A stretch of 64,000 nt of DNA. Origin: Arenimonas sp. GTDB lineage: Bacteria > Pseudomonadota > Alphaproteobacteria > Rhizobiales > Rhizobiaceae. The DNA is taken from contig JAIBEK010000060.1 in the NCBI GenBank assembly GCA_019459145.1, positions 34,759 through 98,758 on the forward strand, read 5' to 3'. The notes below the pieces were generated by a model, which worked only from the letters and a program-made list of their open reading frames with translations, was not told the origin of the DNA and did not search any database. The first letter of the stretch is position 1. Each line of letters opens with the position of its first letter. Below, piece after piece: positions 33,144 to 44,390 of this stretch. Position numbers and translations under genes: made by a program.

Positions 33144-35615
33144 TCAGTTGCCGGGTCCGCCGAGCGCAGCCCATTCCTTCATCACCTGGTCAAAGACGGC
33201 AGCGCCGGCGGCGCCCTTGTCGAGCGTCAGCAAGGCGCGACGGCCATTGCGATAGGTGATCGGGATATCGATCCAGCCACGGGTCGCCAGAAGGTCGAGA
33301 TTGGCCTTCATGATGTCCTCGAAGTCGTTGAGCGCCACCAGATACGTGTCGTCGGTGACCTTGGCCGCGACCGCGACGAGCGGATCGCCGCGATCCTGCT
33401 CCGTCCGCTTCATGGCGATGCGATCCAGCTTGTCCACCGCCCCGCCTTCGAAATCCGGCGGCACGGAGAACACCACCTCGATCAGATGGCTGGCCGGCAA
33501 CGAACTGTCGCTATTGCGCTTGATGGTGATCAGCGCCGTCAAGCCGCGATCCGGTATGGTGATCTTGCCCTGGATCTCGGGATTGGGCTTGCCGTCCTCT
33601 CCCGTCTCGCGCAGCGCGCTCCAGGCGATCGTGCCGGGCACGGCGGTCGGCGTGGTCTGGCCCAGGCGCTCCTCGTAGAGGAAGGCCCGCTCACCGTTCG
33701 CGGCCGGCGCCACGCTGTCGCCGGTGGACGGCGCCGCGGTCGTCGGTGCCGTCGGCTGTGCGACCCCGGCATTGGTTCCAACCGCCGGCTGGTCGGTCGG
33801 ATCGACAGTCGAAGCGACATTCTGCTCGGAAACTGATTTGCCTTCGCTCGCAGGACCGCCCGCGACGGTCGTGCCGGCGCCTTCGTCGACTTCCGTTCCG
33901 TCCGGCATCAAACGCTGGGTAAACTTCTGGCCGACGGCCGATCCGTCGTCCGGGGCACCATTGGTGGTCGGCTGCGCCGTCTCGGCTGCCGGCGCGGGCA
34001 CGCCCGTTGCCGTCTCCGCACCGTTGCCGGCGCCGGGGGCCGGCTGTTCGGTGACCGTGGCCGGCGTCGTGGCGGTCAGGCCGCTGACATATTGGGTGAT
34101 CTGATCGCGGTAGGTCCAGGCGGCAAAGCCCCCGCCCGCAACCAGCGCCACACCCAGAAGGCCAAGCACCACCGGCGCATAATTGCGCCTTTGCTTCGGC
34201 TCGATGCGATAGGCGCGTTGCTGCGACTCGGCGAGGAAGGCATCGACGTCCTCCACGCCCATTGCTCCAGGGCCGGCGTCCGTAGTGGCGAGATCCACGG
34301 CCGCAGACTGCGGCTGAGCCGCCGTCTCCCCCACCTGCGCAAGCGCAGGCACGCCCTCATCGGCCGCCTCCGCCTTCGGCTTTTCGTATTCGGCGAACCA
34401 GTCGGAAAAATCGTCGCTCGCCACAGGCATATCGCGCGACGGGCTGTCCGTCGCTCCTGCGGACGGCAGAGCATAGGCCGTGCTGTCCCAGTCGAGCTCC
34501 GCTGCGGCAGGCTCGGCCTTCCCGTCGCTCTGAGCGTCGGACGGTGCGGCAAGCGCGTCGGCGCCGGCGGGCCGCGCCGCCTCACTGCGCCAGGTCGCAT
34601 CCGCGGGAAGTTCCCACGGTTCATACGCTGCAGGCTGCACCGCTTCCGGCTGCGGCGCGGTCGCCTGATCATGGTCGGCGGCGGCATCCGCCGTGCGCCT
34701 GGGCATCCAGTCGTCCTCACCCGTCACCGGGACTTCGACCAGCCGGTTATAGGATGGAACCGTGGGGACGGCCTCGACAGTTGCCGTATCCGCCTCCTCC
34801 ACGCGAATTTCGGCTTCGGCCTCGGCCGCACGCAGGCTCTCGCTATAGTCTTCCGGTTCCTCCGACACCGCCGTTGCGGCATAGGCCTGTTCCGGTTCGA
34901 TCGTCGTCACGCCATCGCGGTCGGAGTCCGAATAGGCCGGGAAAGCGGCCGGGGCCTGTTCCTCGACGGTTTCGACCGGCTCCTCGGCCCATCGAACGGA
35001 CTCGGCCTGTGGCTCGGGTTCCGGTGCAGGCTCGGGCTCGGGTTCCGGTGCAGGCTCGGGCTCGGCTTCTTGCTGGAGTTCGGGTGCCACCTCGGCACGC
35101 TCCGGGATCGGCTCCACCTGTTCCGCCTCGATGCGGCGTTCGGCTTCCGCATGGTCTTCCGGCTCGGCCTGCTCGAGCTCGGCCTGCTCTTCGGGCTCGG
35201 CAGGCGCCACCCAATGATCGGGCTCGACGGCAGCCGCTTCCGGCTCCCATGCCTCGGGCGCCGTTTCGAGCGGCCGCTCGGGCACGATCTCGGCCCTGGC
35301 GGCCTCCTCGGGCGCCTGCTCCTGCCAGTCCTGCACGACGACCGGCGGAGGCGTCATCGCCTCCTCGAAGGTAGCGGCGGCTTCCTCGTCCGGCAAGGCT
35401 TCGGCATGCTCCGCCTCGACCTCGAGGATCGCCGCATCCAGTTTCGCCAACTGCCGCTGCAGCATCTGCTCCGGCGGCCGCGGGTTCATGTTCTCCAGCT
35501 GCCGCAGCACGGCGCTGCGTGCCTTGTCATAGACCTTGGCACGCATTTCGGGTGTATTGTTCGACAGGCCGTCCACGGCACGCCGGATAACCGCAATGAA
35601 GTCAGCCATCAGCAC
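33144..35615 (-). CDS. Large membrane-anchored protein: conserved N-terminal helical domain, ~400-aa acidic Pro/Glu/Ala-rich linker, one TM helix, Pro/Thr/Ala-rich spacer and globular C-terminal domain; function unknown
   Basis: 823-aa ORF. MADFIAVIRRAVDGLSNNTPEMRAKVYDKARSAV. (EPEPAPEP)x2. TM helix YAPVVLGLLGVALVAGGGFAAW. C-terminal LITIKRNSDSSLPASHLIEVVF..GWIDIPITYRNGRRALLTLDKG. Confidence 0.7.
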   Translation of the reverse strand: MLMADFIAVIRRAVDGLSNNTPEMRAKVYDKARSAVLRQLENMNPRPPEQMLQRQLAKLDAAILEVEAEHAEALPDEEAAATFEEAMTPPPVVVQDWQEQAPEEAARAEIVPERPLETAPEAWEPEAAAVEPDHWVAPAEPEEQAELEQAEPEDHAEAERRIEAEQVEPIPERAEVAPELQQEAEPEPAPEPEPEPAPEPEPQAESVRWAEEPVETVEEQAPAAFPAYSDSDRDGVTTIEPEQAYAATAVSEEPEDYSESLRAAEAEAEIRVEEADTATVEAVPTVPSYNRLVEVPVTGEDDWMPRRTADAAADHDQATAPQPEAVQPAAYEPWELPADATWRSEAARPAGADALAAPSDAQSDGKAEPAAAELDWDSTAYALPSAGATDSPSRDMPVASDDFSDWFAEYEKPKAEAADEGVPALAQVGETAAQPQSAAVDLATTDAGPGAMGVEDVDAFLAESQQRAYRIEPKQRRNYAPVVLGLLGVALVAGGGFAAWTYRDQITQYVSGLTATTPATVTEQPAPGAGNGAETATGVPAPAAETAQPTTNGAPDDGSAVGQKFTQRLMPDGTEVDEGAGTTVAGGPASEGKSVSEQNVASTVDPTDQPAVGTNAGVAQPTAPTTAAPSTGDSVAPAANGERAFLYEERLGQTTPTAVPGTIAWSALRETGEDGKPNPEIQGKITIPDRGLTALITIKRNSDSSLPASHLIEVVFSVPPDFEGGAVDKLDRIAMKRTEQDRGDPLVAVAAKVTDDTYLVALNDFEDIMKANLDLLATRGWIDIPITYRNGRRALLTLDKGAAGAAVFDQVMKEWAALGGPGN

Positions 35616-35669
35616 TTTCTCGTTGTCGCCGGCGCGCGCCGGCTGGCAAAAGCTTAACGAAATCCAAGC

Positions 35670-36968
<1,299 letters not shown>

Positions 36969-37164
36969 TTCGAAATCCTGTCTATCGCGCAACAGACTGC
37001 GCCTTATCCAAACCCGCGCATCTATACTGTGTTGTTTTTGTGAAATCGACTCGTTATGCGGGCGAAATCGGCTTTTTGCGTGACAAAACGCCGTTGCTCC
37101 CCTATCCCATCCGGCAGATCAAAGCCTTAGCGGGCCCTCCCCACCAACCTCCCGGTGCAATCCC

Positions 37165-38055
37165 TTGCTTCTCAGAGCCTATTTCTTTCTGACCGTCGCA
37201 ACGCTTTTCTGGGGCGGAAACACCGTGGTGGGCAAGCTCGCCGTCGGCCATGTCAGCCCGATGGTGCTCAATTTCTCGCGCTGGACCATAGCACTGATCA
37301 TCATCTGTTCGATCTCGGTGCCGCAACTGAAAAAGGACTGGCCCGAACTCAAGCGCCACTGGCTGCTGCTGCTCGGCTATGGCGCGATCGGCTACACCGC
37401 CTTCAACGGTTTTCTCTATACCGCTCTCAAATACACGAGCGCCGTCAACGGCGCGATCGAGCAGGGCGGCATTCCGGTGCTGATCTTCATCCTCAACTTC
37501 CTGCTGTTCCGCATCCCGGTCTCCGCCATCCAGATCCTCGGCTTCGCCATCAGCTTCGTCGGCGTGGCGCTGACCGCCACCCGTGGCGATCTCGACGTGC
37601 TCTTGTCGCTGGCGCTCAATTTCGGCGATGCGTTGCTGCTGCTCGCAGTGGCCGCCTATGCCATTTATACGATCGCGCTGCGCTGGAAGCCGGCGATCCA
37701 CTGGAAAAGCCTGATGGCCGCTTCCGCGCTGGGCGGCGCGCTGACCGGCCTGCCGCTCGTGCTTTGGGAAGAGGTCAACGGCACGATGATCCTGCCGGAC
37801 CTCGCCGGACTGGGCATGATCGCCTATGCCGCGCTGTTCCCCTCGCTGATTTCACAGGTCTTCTATGTCCTGGGGGTCGAGGGCATCGGCGCCAACCGGG
37901 CCGGCCTGTTCATCAATCTCGTGCCGGTCTTCGGCACGCTTCTGTCGCTCGCAGTGATCGGCGAGGCGCTTCAGCCGCTGCACCTGATCGCCCTTTCGCT
38001 GGTCCTCGGCGGCATTGCCATCGCCGAATGGGGCAAGCCCAGACCGGCCGCCTGA
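37165..38055 (+). CDS. DMT-superfamily (EamA/RhaT-like) transporter
   Basis: 296-aa ORF (TTG start in the track). Ten hydrophobic segments in two EamA-like halves (FWGGNTVVGKLAV.., ALFPSLISQVFY). Confidence 0.75.
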   Translation: MLLRAYFFLTVATLFWGGNTVVGKLAVGHVSPMVLNFSRWTIALIIICSISVPQLKKDWPELKRHWLLLLGYGAIGYTAFNGFLYTALKYTSAVNGAIEQGGIPVLIFILNFLLFRIPVSAIQILGFAISFVGVALTATRGDLDVLLSLALNFGDALLLLAVAAYAIYTIALRWKPAIHWKSLMAASALGGALTGLPLVLWEEVNGTMILPDLAGLGMIAYAALFPSLISQVFYVLGVEGIGANRAGLFINLVPVFGTLLSLAVIGEALQPLHLIALSLVLGGIAIAEWGKPRPAA

Positions 38056-38193
38056 CGCGCCTTTTACGGCAGATCGTAACAGCCGCACTCGAGACCGCTC
38101 GCTTTAAGGCAGCGGCCTGCACGCAATATGGTGCTTTTCCAAGCCCACCCAAGTGTCCTATCGATTCCCCGGATACTTGCGAGGGAGCCGACC

Positions 38194-38991
38194 ATGGCCA
38201 AGCCATTCTTCTGGAACGAACTGAACACTGCCGACTTCGCCGGGCTTTCCCCCGACACCACCATCGCCATCCTGCCGATCGCCTCGACCGAGCAGCACGG
38301 CCCCCATCTGCCGATCGCCACCGACGTCGCGATCGCCAACGGCATGCTCGCCGAACTGAAGACCCAGCGTCCGGACGATCTCGATTTTCTCGTCCTGCCG
38401 ACCCAGGAGATCGGCAAGGCCAACGAGCATGTCTACGGTCCGGGCACGCTGTCCTTCGGCCCGGAAATCCTGATCCCCGCCTGGACCGCGATCGGCACCA
38501 AGGTGGCCGAGGCCGGCATCCGCAAGATGGTCATCGTCAATTCGCACGGCGGCAATGTAGACGTGATGAGCATCGTCGCCCGTGAACTGCGCGTGCGCCA
38601 CCAGATGGCCGTGGTCTCCACCCAATGGGGCCGCTTCGGCAATCCCGACGGCATGATCTCCGAGCACGAGAGCCGCTACGGCATTCATGGCGGCGAGGTC
38701 GAGACCTCGCTCATGCTCCATTTCCGCCCCGACCTGGTGCGCATGGACAAGGCCGAGAATTTCGTCTCGCGCGCCGAGGAGATGAAGGCCGGCTCGAAAT
38801 ACCTGACCCCGCTGCCGCCGCATTCATTGGCGTGGATCGCCCACGACCTCAATCCGAACGGCGTGGTCGGCGATGCCTCCAAAGGCACGGCGGAAAAGGG
38901 CGAGGCGATCTGCAGGCATCAGGTCGCGGGCTTCATCGAGCTCTTGCGCGACCTTGCCCGCTATCCGCTGGCCAATCTCTATTCGCGCTGA
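38194..38991 (+). CDS. Creatininase-family amidohydrolase
   Basis: The likely start is MAKPFFWNELN (ATG 38194). Family signature ILPIASTEQHGPHLPIATD and NSHGGN. HGGEVETS. Confidence 0.78.
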   Translation: MAKPFFWNELNTADFAGLSPDTTIAILPIASTEQHGPHLPIATDVAIANGMLAELKTQRPDDLDFLVLPTQEIGKANEHVYGPGTLSFGPEILIPAWTAIGTKVAEAGIRKMVIVNSHGGNVDVMSIVARELRVRHQMAVVSTQWGRFGNPDGMISEHESRYGIHGGEVETSLMLHFRPDLVRMDKAENFVSRAEEMKAGSKYLTPLPPHSLAWIAHDLNPNGVVGDASKGTAEKGEAICRHQVAGFIELLRDLARYPLANLYSR

Positions 38992-39968
38992 TCGTCGTCG
39001 CGCATCGCCAGCGCCCGCTCCCCCGGCTTCTCGCCCGCCGGAATATGGCCCTTGCCCTGCAGTTCCTGCACCAGGGCCACGAGTTCCTGCATCAGGTATT
39101 CGACGAACAGACTGGTTGTCGCATCGAGCGGCGCCCGCGCCCGGGCAAACAGCTTCATCGGCTGGTGACGCAATTGCCCCTCGAGCAGCGGCCGGAAGAC
39201 CAGTTCTCCGGCCCGGCACTCGCTGATCACGTCAAGCGGATTGAGCAGCGTCAGCCCCACCCCGCATTTGACCAGTTGCTTCATCAACTCGGACGAATTG
39301 GTTTCCAGCACCGGCTCGACCGGCAGCGGCACCGGCGCCAGCGCCAGGTCGATGATGTTGCGCAGGCTGGTGCCCGACTGCGCCAGCACAAGCTTTTCCT
39401 GCACCACGTCGGCGAGATCGATCGGCCCCGCCTCGTGCGACAAGGGATGGCCGGGCGGCAGCACCACGCCGACCGGCACGTCGAAATTGGCCAGCGTCCG
39501 GATGCCGGGGGTGGCCGGAATGTTGAAGCCGAGACCGATGTCGACCTCGCCGGTCAGCACCGGGTTGATGGTGGTCGAGCCGCCGTCATTGCGCAACTGG
39601 ATGCGGACCCGTGGGTGTGTCTCGAGAAAGCGCGCCAGGATCTGCGGCAGCGGACCGGCGGCGAGACCCACCGTCGTCACCAACGTCACCTTGCCGGCCT
39701 GCGGCATCTTCAAGCCGCGAATGCGGGATTCGAGCTTTTCGTAGTTCTTCAGCACGTCGCGGATATGTTCGACGCAGAGCTCGCCGGCGGCCGTCAGGCG
39801 AAGGCCGCGCGGCAGCCGCTCGAAGATCGGTGCGCCGAGTTCCTCCTCGAGCGCCAGGATCTGCCGGTTGACCGCAGACGAGGCGACGTTGAGCCGGGCC
39901 GCCGCCTTGCGGATCGAGCCGCAGCGAACGATTTCATTGATGTATTGCAGCTTTCGGGAATGAAGCAC
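38979..39968 (-). CDS. LysR-family transcriptional regulator
   Basis: 329-aa ORF. HTH LQYINEIVRCGSIRKAAARLNVASSAVNRQILALEEELG. Divergent from the ABC-transporter operon. Its 3' end overlaps the creatininase gene by 13 nt. Confidence 0.85.
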   Translation of the reverse strand: MLHSRKLQYINEIVRCGSIRKAAARLNVASSAVNRQILALEEELGAPIFERLPRGLRLTAAGELCVEHIRDVLKNYEKLESRIRGLKMPQAGKVTLVTTVGLAAGPLPQILARFLETHPRVRIQLRNDGGSTTINPVLTGEVDIGLGFNIPATPGIRTLANFDVPVGVVLPPGHPLSHEAGPIDLADVVQEKLVLAQSGTSLRNIIDLALAPVPLPVEPVLETNSSELMKQLVKCGVGLTLLNPLDVISECRAGELVFRPLLEGQLRHQPMKLFARARAPLDATTSLFVEYLMQELVALVQELQGKGHIPAGEKPGERALAMRDDDQRE

Positions 39969-40153
39969 CGGATCACCATTGCATAATTTTTAGTCGGGCA
40001 GCATTAATTGGGCAGCAAGCTGCACAGTGGTGCAAAAAAGGCATCAATGCGGACGAATTTTGATGCTTTTCAAAGCGCAAGGCAACCGCTCAAATGCGGA
40101 AAATGGAGCCCAATGGCGGAGCTTCGACGAACGGACAGGGGAACTCGATCGAC

Positions 40154-41167
40154 ATGCGCGACACTCTCAGCAAGACCACCGTCCTCGCCCTTCTCGGGCT
40201 CGCAACGGCGCTTTCGGCACAGCAGGCCTATGCCCTCGACGAGGTCAGCTACGGCACCAACTGGCTCGCCCAGGCCGAGCATGGCGGTTTCTATCAGGCT
40301 GTCGCCGACGGCACCTATGAAAAATACGGCCTCAAGGTCAGCATCGTCCAGGGCGGCCCGAACGCCGCCAATCGCGCCCTGCTGATCGCCGGCAAGGTCG
40401 ATTTCTACATGGGCAGCCCGCTCGGCGAGATGGATGCCGTCAAGCAGGGCATTCCGCTGGTCGACGTCGCCGCAATCTTCCAGAAGGATCCTCAGGTCCT
40501 GCTCGCCCATCCCGACCAGGGAACCGAGACCTTCGCCGACCTCGCCAAGCTCGATGCCATTTTCATGGGCAAGGACGGCTACGTCACCTATTTCGAGTGG
40601 ATGAAGAAGAACTATCCGGGCTTCAAGGACGAGCAGTACAAGCCCTACACCTTCAACCCGGCGCCCTTCATCGCCGATCCGAAGTCCGCCCAGCAGGGCT
40701 ACCTGACCTCGGAACCCTATGAGATCGAGAAGCAGGCGGGCTGGGCGCCGAAGGTCTTCCTGCTCGCCGACAACGGCTACAATCCCTATTCGACGATGAT
40801 CACCACCACCGCCACCATGGTCGAGACCAAGTCGGATGTGGTCCAGCGCTTCGTCGACGCCTCGATCGAGGGCTGGTACAATTATCTCCACGGCGACAAC
40901 AAGGCCGCCAACGATCTGATCAAGAAGGACAATCCGGAAATGACGGATGGCCAGCTCGAATATTCCATCGCCAAGATGAAGGAATACGGCATCGTCGAAT
41001 CCGGCGAAGCGCTCGACAAGGGCATCGGCTGCATGACCGAGGCGCGCTACAAGAAGTTCTTCGAGGACATGGTCTCGATCGGCGTGCAGTCGGCCGACCT
41101 CGACTACACCAAGGCCTTCACCACCCAATACGTCTGCAAAGGCGTCGGGATGGCGCTGAGGAAGTGA
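40154..41167 (+). CDS. ABC transporter substrate-binding protein, NMT1/THI5-like (NitT/TauT family)
   Basis: The likely start is MRDTLSKTTVLALLGLATALSAQQAYA (signal peptide; ATG 40154). GTNWLAQAEHGGFYQA is typical of NMT1-like binding proteins. Confidence 0.78.
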   Translation: MRDTLSKTTVLALLGLATALSAQQAYALDEVSYGTNWLAQAEHGGFYQAVADGTYEKYGLKVSIVQGGPNAANRALLIAGKVDFYMGSPLGEMDAVKQGIPLVDVAAIFQKDPQVLLAHPDQGTETFADLAKLDAIFMGKDGYVTYFEWMKKNYPGFKDEQYKPYTFNPAPFIADPKSAQQGYLTSEPYEIEKQAGWAPKVFLLADNGYNPYSTMITTTATMVETKSDVVQRFVDASIEGWYNYLHGDNKAANDLIKKDNPEMTDGQLEYSIAKMKEYGIVESGEALDKGIGCMTEARYKKFFEDMVSIGVQSADLDYTKAFTTQYVCKGVGMALRK

Positions 41168-41171
41168 CAGA

Positions 41172-41362
41172 AAACCCCGCTCGCATGGGGGATAAGGGGG
41201 CGGCGGTAATGCGCGGCTCCCCCCTTCTCCCCAGCGGGGAAAAGTGCCGAGCGGATGCGAGGCGATGAGGGGGAGGCCGGAGGCCTTGCTGACGCCCCCC
41301 TCATCCGGTCCTTCGGACCACCGTCTCCGCGATGGGGAGAAGGGGGATGCGCCGGTCCCGAC
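41172..41362. repeat. RIME/REP-like hairpin repeat cluster between the binding-protein and ATPase genes
   Basis: CCTTCTCCCCAGCGGGGAAAAG and CCGTCTCCGCGATGGGGAGAAGG hairpins, plus the CCCCTCATCCG motif shared with 3407.. and 12669.. copies. Confidence 0.7.
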
Positions 41363-41387
41363 CAACAAGAAGCAATCAAGGCCCGAA

Positions 41388-42230
41388 ATGACATTCCCAG
41401 ACGCCGAGACGGCATCGCCAACCACTTCGTCCGCTGTTTCCAGCCCGTCACGCCGGCCGCTCGTCGTCATGGACCAGGTGACGAAAGTCTTCTCCAGCGG
41501 CACCGTCGCCCTGTCCGACATGTCGCTCGCGGTCAATGGCGGTGAGTTCGTCAGCCTGCTCGGGCCCTCCGGCTGCGGCAAGTCGACGGCGCTCAGGATC
41601 ATCGCCGGGCTCGGCGACGTGTCCTCCGGCACGATCGACTGGCCAAGCTCGCGCATCAATTCCCGGGGCCTGCCGGAAGGCGATATTTCCTTCGTCTTCC
41701 AGGAGCCGACGCTGATGCCGTGGCAGACGGTGTTCGGCAATGTCTACCTGCCGCTCAAGCTCAAGGGCATCTCCAGGCAAGCCGCCCGCGACGAAATCAT
41801 GGCGACGCTTACGACCGTCGGGCTCGAGGATTTCGCCGAGGCCTATCCGCGCGAACTCTCCGGCGGCATGAAGATGCGTGTGTCGATCGCCCGCGCCCTG
41901 GTGACCAAACCGAAGCTGCTTCTGATGGACGAGCCCTTCGCAGCGCTGGACGAAATCACCCGCCAGAAGCTCAACGACGACGTCCTGCGCTTGTGGAAGG
42001 AGACCGGCATTACCGTCGTCTTCGTCACCCATTCCGTCTTCGAAAGCGCCTACCTGTCGAGCCGCATCGTCGTGATGAAGTCGCGGCCCGGCCGGGTGCA
42101 TGCCGACTTTCCGCTGCACACCAGCCTGGACCGCGACGCGCACTACCGCACTTCGGAGGAGTATCGCCAGGCCTGCGAGACCGTGTCGGAAACACTGCTG
42201 GAAGCCATGTCCGGAGAGGACGCACACTGA
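41388..42230 (+). CDS. ABC transporter ATP-binding protein (NitT/TauT family)
   Basis: The likely start is MTFPDAETA (ATG 41388) within track ORF 41244..42230. GPSGCGKST, LSGGMKMRVSIARAL, LLLMDEPFAALD. Confidence 0.85.
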   Translation: MTFPDAETASPTTSSAVSSPSRRPLVVMDQVTKVFSSGTVALSDMSLAVNGGEFVSLLGPSGCGKSTALRIIAGLGDVSSGTIDWPSSRINSRGLPEGDISFVFQEPTLMPWQTVFGNVYLPLKLKGISRQAARDEIMATLTTVGLEDFAEAYPRELSGGMKMRVSIARALVTKPKLLLMDEPFAALDEITRQKLNDDVLRLWKETGITVVFVTHSVFESAYLSSRIVVMKSRPGRVHADFPLHTSLDRDAHYRTSEEYRQACETVSETLLEAMSGEDAH

Positions 42231-43072
42231 TGGCCATGAACCCCTCCTCCTCCGTAGCCGCGCCGAAACCGACCACACCCTCCCGTTCGAGCCAGACGCT
42301 GTTGAAGATCATCATACCGATCCTCGTGGTCTTCACGCTCCTGTCCGCCTGGCAGATCGGCGTCGTTCTGTCCGGCGTGCCGCAATATATCCTGCCTAGC
42401 CCGATCGCCGCGGGTACGGCCCTGATCAATGACTGGGGGACCCTGGCGCCGGCCCTCTGGGTGACGACCAAGATCACCCTCGCCTCGCTGGCGCTCGCGC
42501 TGATCGGCGGCGTCGGCATCGCCATCTTCCTCGTCCAGTCACGCTGGATCGAACTCGCCTTCTATCCGATCACCGTCATCCTGCAGGTGACCCCGATCGT
42601 CGCGATCGCGCCGCTGATCCTGATCTACGCGCCCTCGACCCAGGTCGCACTCCTGATCTGCGCCTTCCTCGTCGCCTTCTTCCCGATCCTGTCGAACATG
42701 GTGCAGGGTCTGAAAAGCGTCGACCACAACCTCCTCAACCTCTTCGACCTCTATGGCGCGACACGGCTCCAGACGCTGCTCTATCTGAAGCTGCCCGCCT
42801 CGCTTCCCTATTTCATGACGGGGCTTCGGATCGGCGGCGGCCTTGCCCTCATCGCCGCCGTGGTCGCCGAATTTGCCGCGGGCTCGGCCGGCGCCGGCTC
42901 GGGCCTCGCCTTCCGCCTGCTCGAAGCGCAATATCGCCTCAACATCCCCCGCCTGTTTGCCGCCCTCTTCCTGCTGTCCTGCCTGGGCGTCCTGATCTTC
43001 GCGATCACCTCCTTCCTGTCCTGGCTCGCCCTGCATCGCTGGCACGAAAGCAGCCTCAAGAGAGAAAACTGA
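42230..43072 (+). CDS. ABC transporter permease (NitT/TauT family)
   Basis: MAMNPSS start (ATG 42230, overlapping the ATPase stop) within track ORF 41720..43072. Six TM segments. EAA-like loop NLFDLYGATRLQTLLYLKLPASLPY. Confidence 0.85.
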   Translation: MAMNPSSSVAAPKPTTPSRSSQTLLKIIIPILVVFTLLSAWQIGVVLSGVPQYILPSPIAAGTALINDWGTLAPALWVTTKITLASLALALIGGVGIAIFLVQSRWIELAFYPITVILQVTPIVAIAPLILIYAPSTQVALLICAFLVAFFPILSNMVQGLKSVDHNLLNLFDLYGATRLQTLLYLKLPASLPYFMTGLRIGGGLALIAAVVAEFAAGSAGAGSGLAFRLLEAQYRLNIPRLFAALFLLSCLGVLIFAITSFLSWLALHRWHESSLKREN

Positions 43073-44388
43073 TGTCCGGCCCCGCCTTCACACTCCCCCT
43101 CGCCGACCGCTATGTGCTGAAAAACGCCACGCTGCCGGCGGTCGCCGTCGACGGCTTCACCGGGCCGGCCGGCCGTGAAGGCCTGATCAATGCGGACATC
43201 GTCATCGCCGACGGCAAGATCGAGGCGGTGCTGCCCGCCGGCGCAGCATCGATCGATGTGCCGACGACGGATCTCGCTCGGGGCATGGTCTGGCCGTGTT
43301 TCGCCGACATGCACACCCATCTCGACAAGGGCCATATCTGGGATCGCCGGCCCAATCCGACCGGGGATTTCGTCGGCGCACTTGATGCGGTTCGTACCGA
43401 CCGCGAGGCATGCTGGTCGGCAGAAGACGTGCGCGCCCGCATGGAGTTCTCGCTAAAGACCGCCTATGCCCACGGCACCGGCCTCATCCGAACCCATCTC
43501 GACAGCCTGCCGCCGCAGCACCGCATCTCCTTCGAGGTCTTCTCCGAAATCCGCGATGCGTGGAAGGACAGGATCGCGCTTCAGGCCGTCGCCCTCTTCC
43601 CGCTCGACATGATCACCGACGAGGCCTTCTTCCACGACCTGACCGACGTGGTGGCCAGCCATGGCGGCTTGCTGGGCGGCGTCACCTACCTGATGCCCGA
43701 TCTCGAAGCCCGGCTCGACACGCTGTTTCGCACCGCCTCCGAGCGGGGACTGGACATCGACCTGCATGTCGACGAGACCCAGGACGACGAGGTCCTGACC
43801 TTGAAGACTATCGCCGAGGCAAAGATCCGCAACGGCTTTTCGGGCGCCGTCACGGTCGGCCATTGCTGCTCGCTGGCGCGACAGAACGACGACCTTGCCA
43901 AGGCGACCATCGATGTCGTGGCAAAGGCCGGGCTTTCCGTCGTCTCGCTGCCGATGTGCAACATGTACCTGCAGGACCGGGCGCCGAACCGCACGCCGCG
44001 CTACCGCGGCGTCACCCTGTTTCACGAACTGGCCGAGGCCGGCATCCCGACCGCCATTTCCTCCGATAATACCCGCGACCCGTTCTACGCCTATGGCGAC
44101 CTCGACCCGGTCGAGGTGTTCCGCGAGGGTGTGCGCATCCTGCATCTCGACCATCCGCTCGACGAGGCGGCGCGCGTCGTCACCCGCACGCCGGCCGACA
44201 TTCTCGGCCGCGCCGACCACGGCCGCATCGCCGCCGGCCTGCCCGCTGACCTCGTGCTGTTTTCGGCGCGGCGCTGGAGCGAATTCCTTTCCCGTCCGCA
44301 GGCTGACCGCATCATTGTGCGGAATGGCAAGGGCATCGACCGCAGCCTGCCGGATTACCGTGACCTTGACCCGCTGATGAAAGACTGA
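43072..44388 (+). CDS. Cytosine-deaminase-like metal-dependent amidohydrolase
   Basis: 438-aa ORF whose start overlaps the permease stop. FADMHTHLDKGHIW (metal HxH), DLHVDE, VTVGHCCSL, ISSDNTRDPFYAYGD, as in CodA-type deaminases. Confidence 0.8.
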   Translation: MSGPAFTLPLADRYVLKNATLPAVAVDGFTGPAGREGLINADIVIADGKIEAVLPAGAASIDVPTTDLARGMVWPCFADMHTHLDKGHIWDRRPNPTGDFVGALDAVRTDREACWSAEDVRARMEFSLKTAYAHGTGLIRTHLDSLPPQHRISFEVFSEIRDAWKDRIALQAVALFPLDMITDEAFFHDLTDVVASHGGLLGGVTYLMPDLEARLDTLFRTASERGLDIDLHVDETQDDEVLTLKTIAEAKIRNGFSGAVTVGHCCSLARQNDDLAKATIDVVAKAGLSVVSLPMCNMYLQDRAPNRTPRYRGVTLFHELAEAGIPTAISSDNTRDPFYAYGDLDPVEVFREGVRILHLDHPLDEAARVVTRTPADILGRADHGRIAAGLPADLVLFSARRWSEFLSRPQADRIIVRNGKGIDRSLPDYRDLDPLMKD

Positions 44389-44390
44389 CC

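Noticed and set aside
39969-40153. TPP (THI-box) riboswitch upstream of the NMT1/ThiY-like binding-protein gene
   Set aside because: I could not find the conserved CUGAGA and ACCUGAUCUGGAUAAUGCCAGCG-type elements. The region looks like a LysR-type divergent promoter, with a GGGCAGCA direct repeat at 39997 and 40011.
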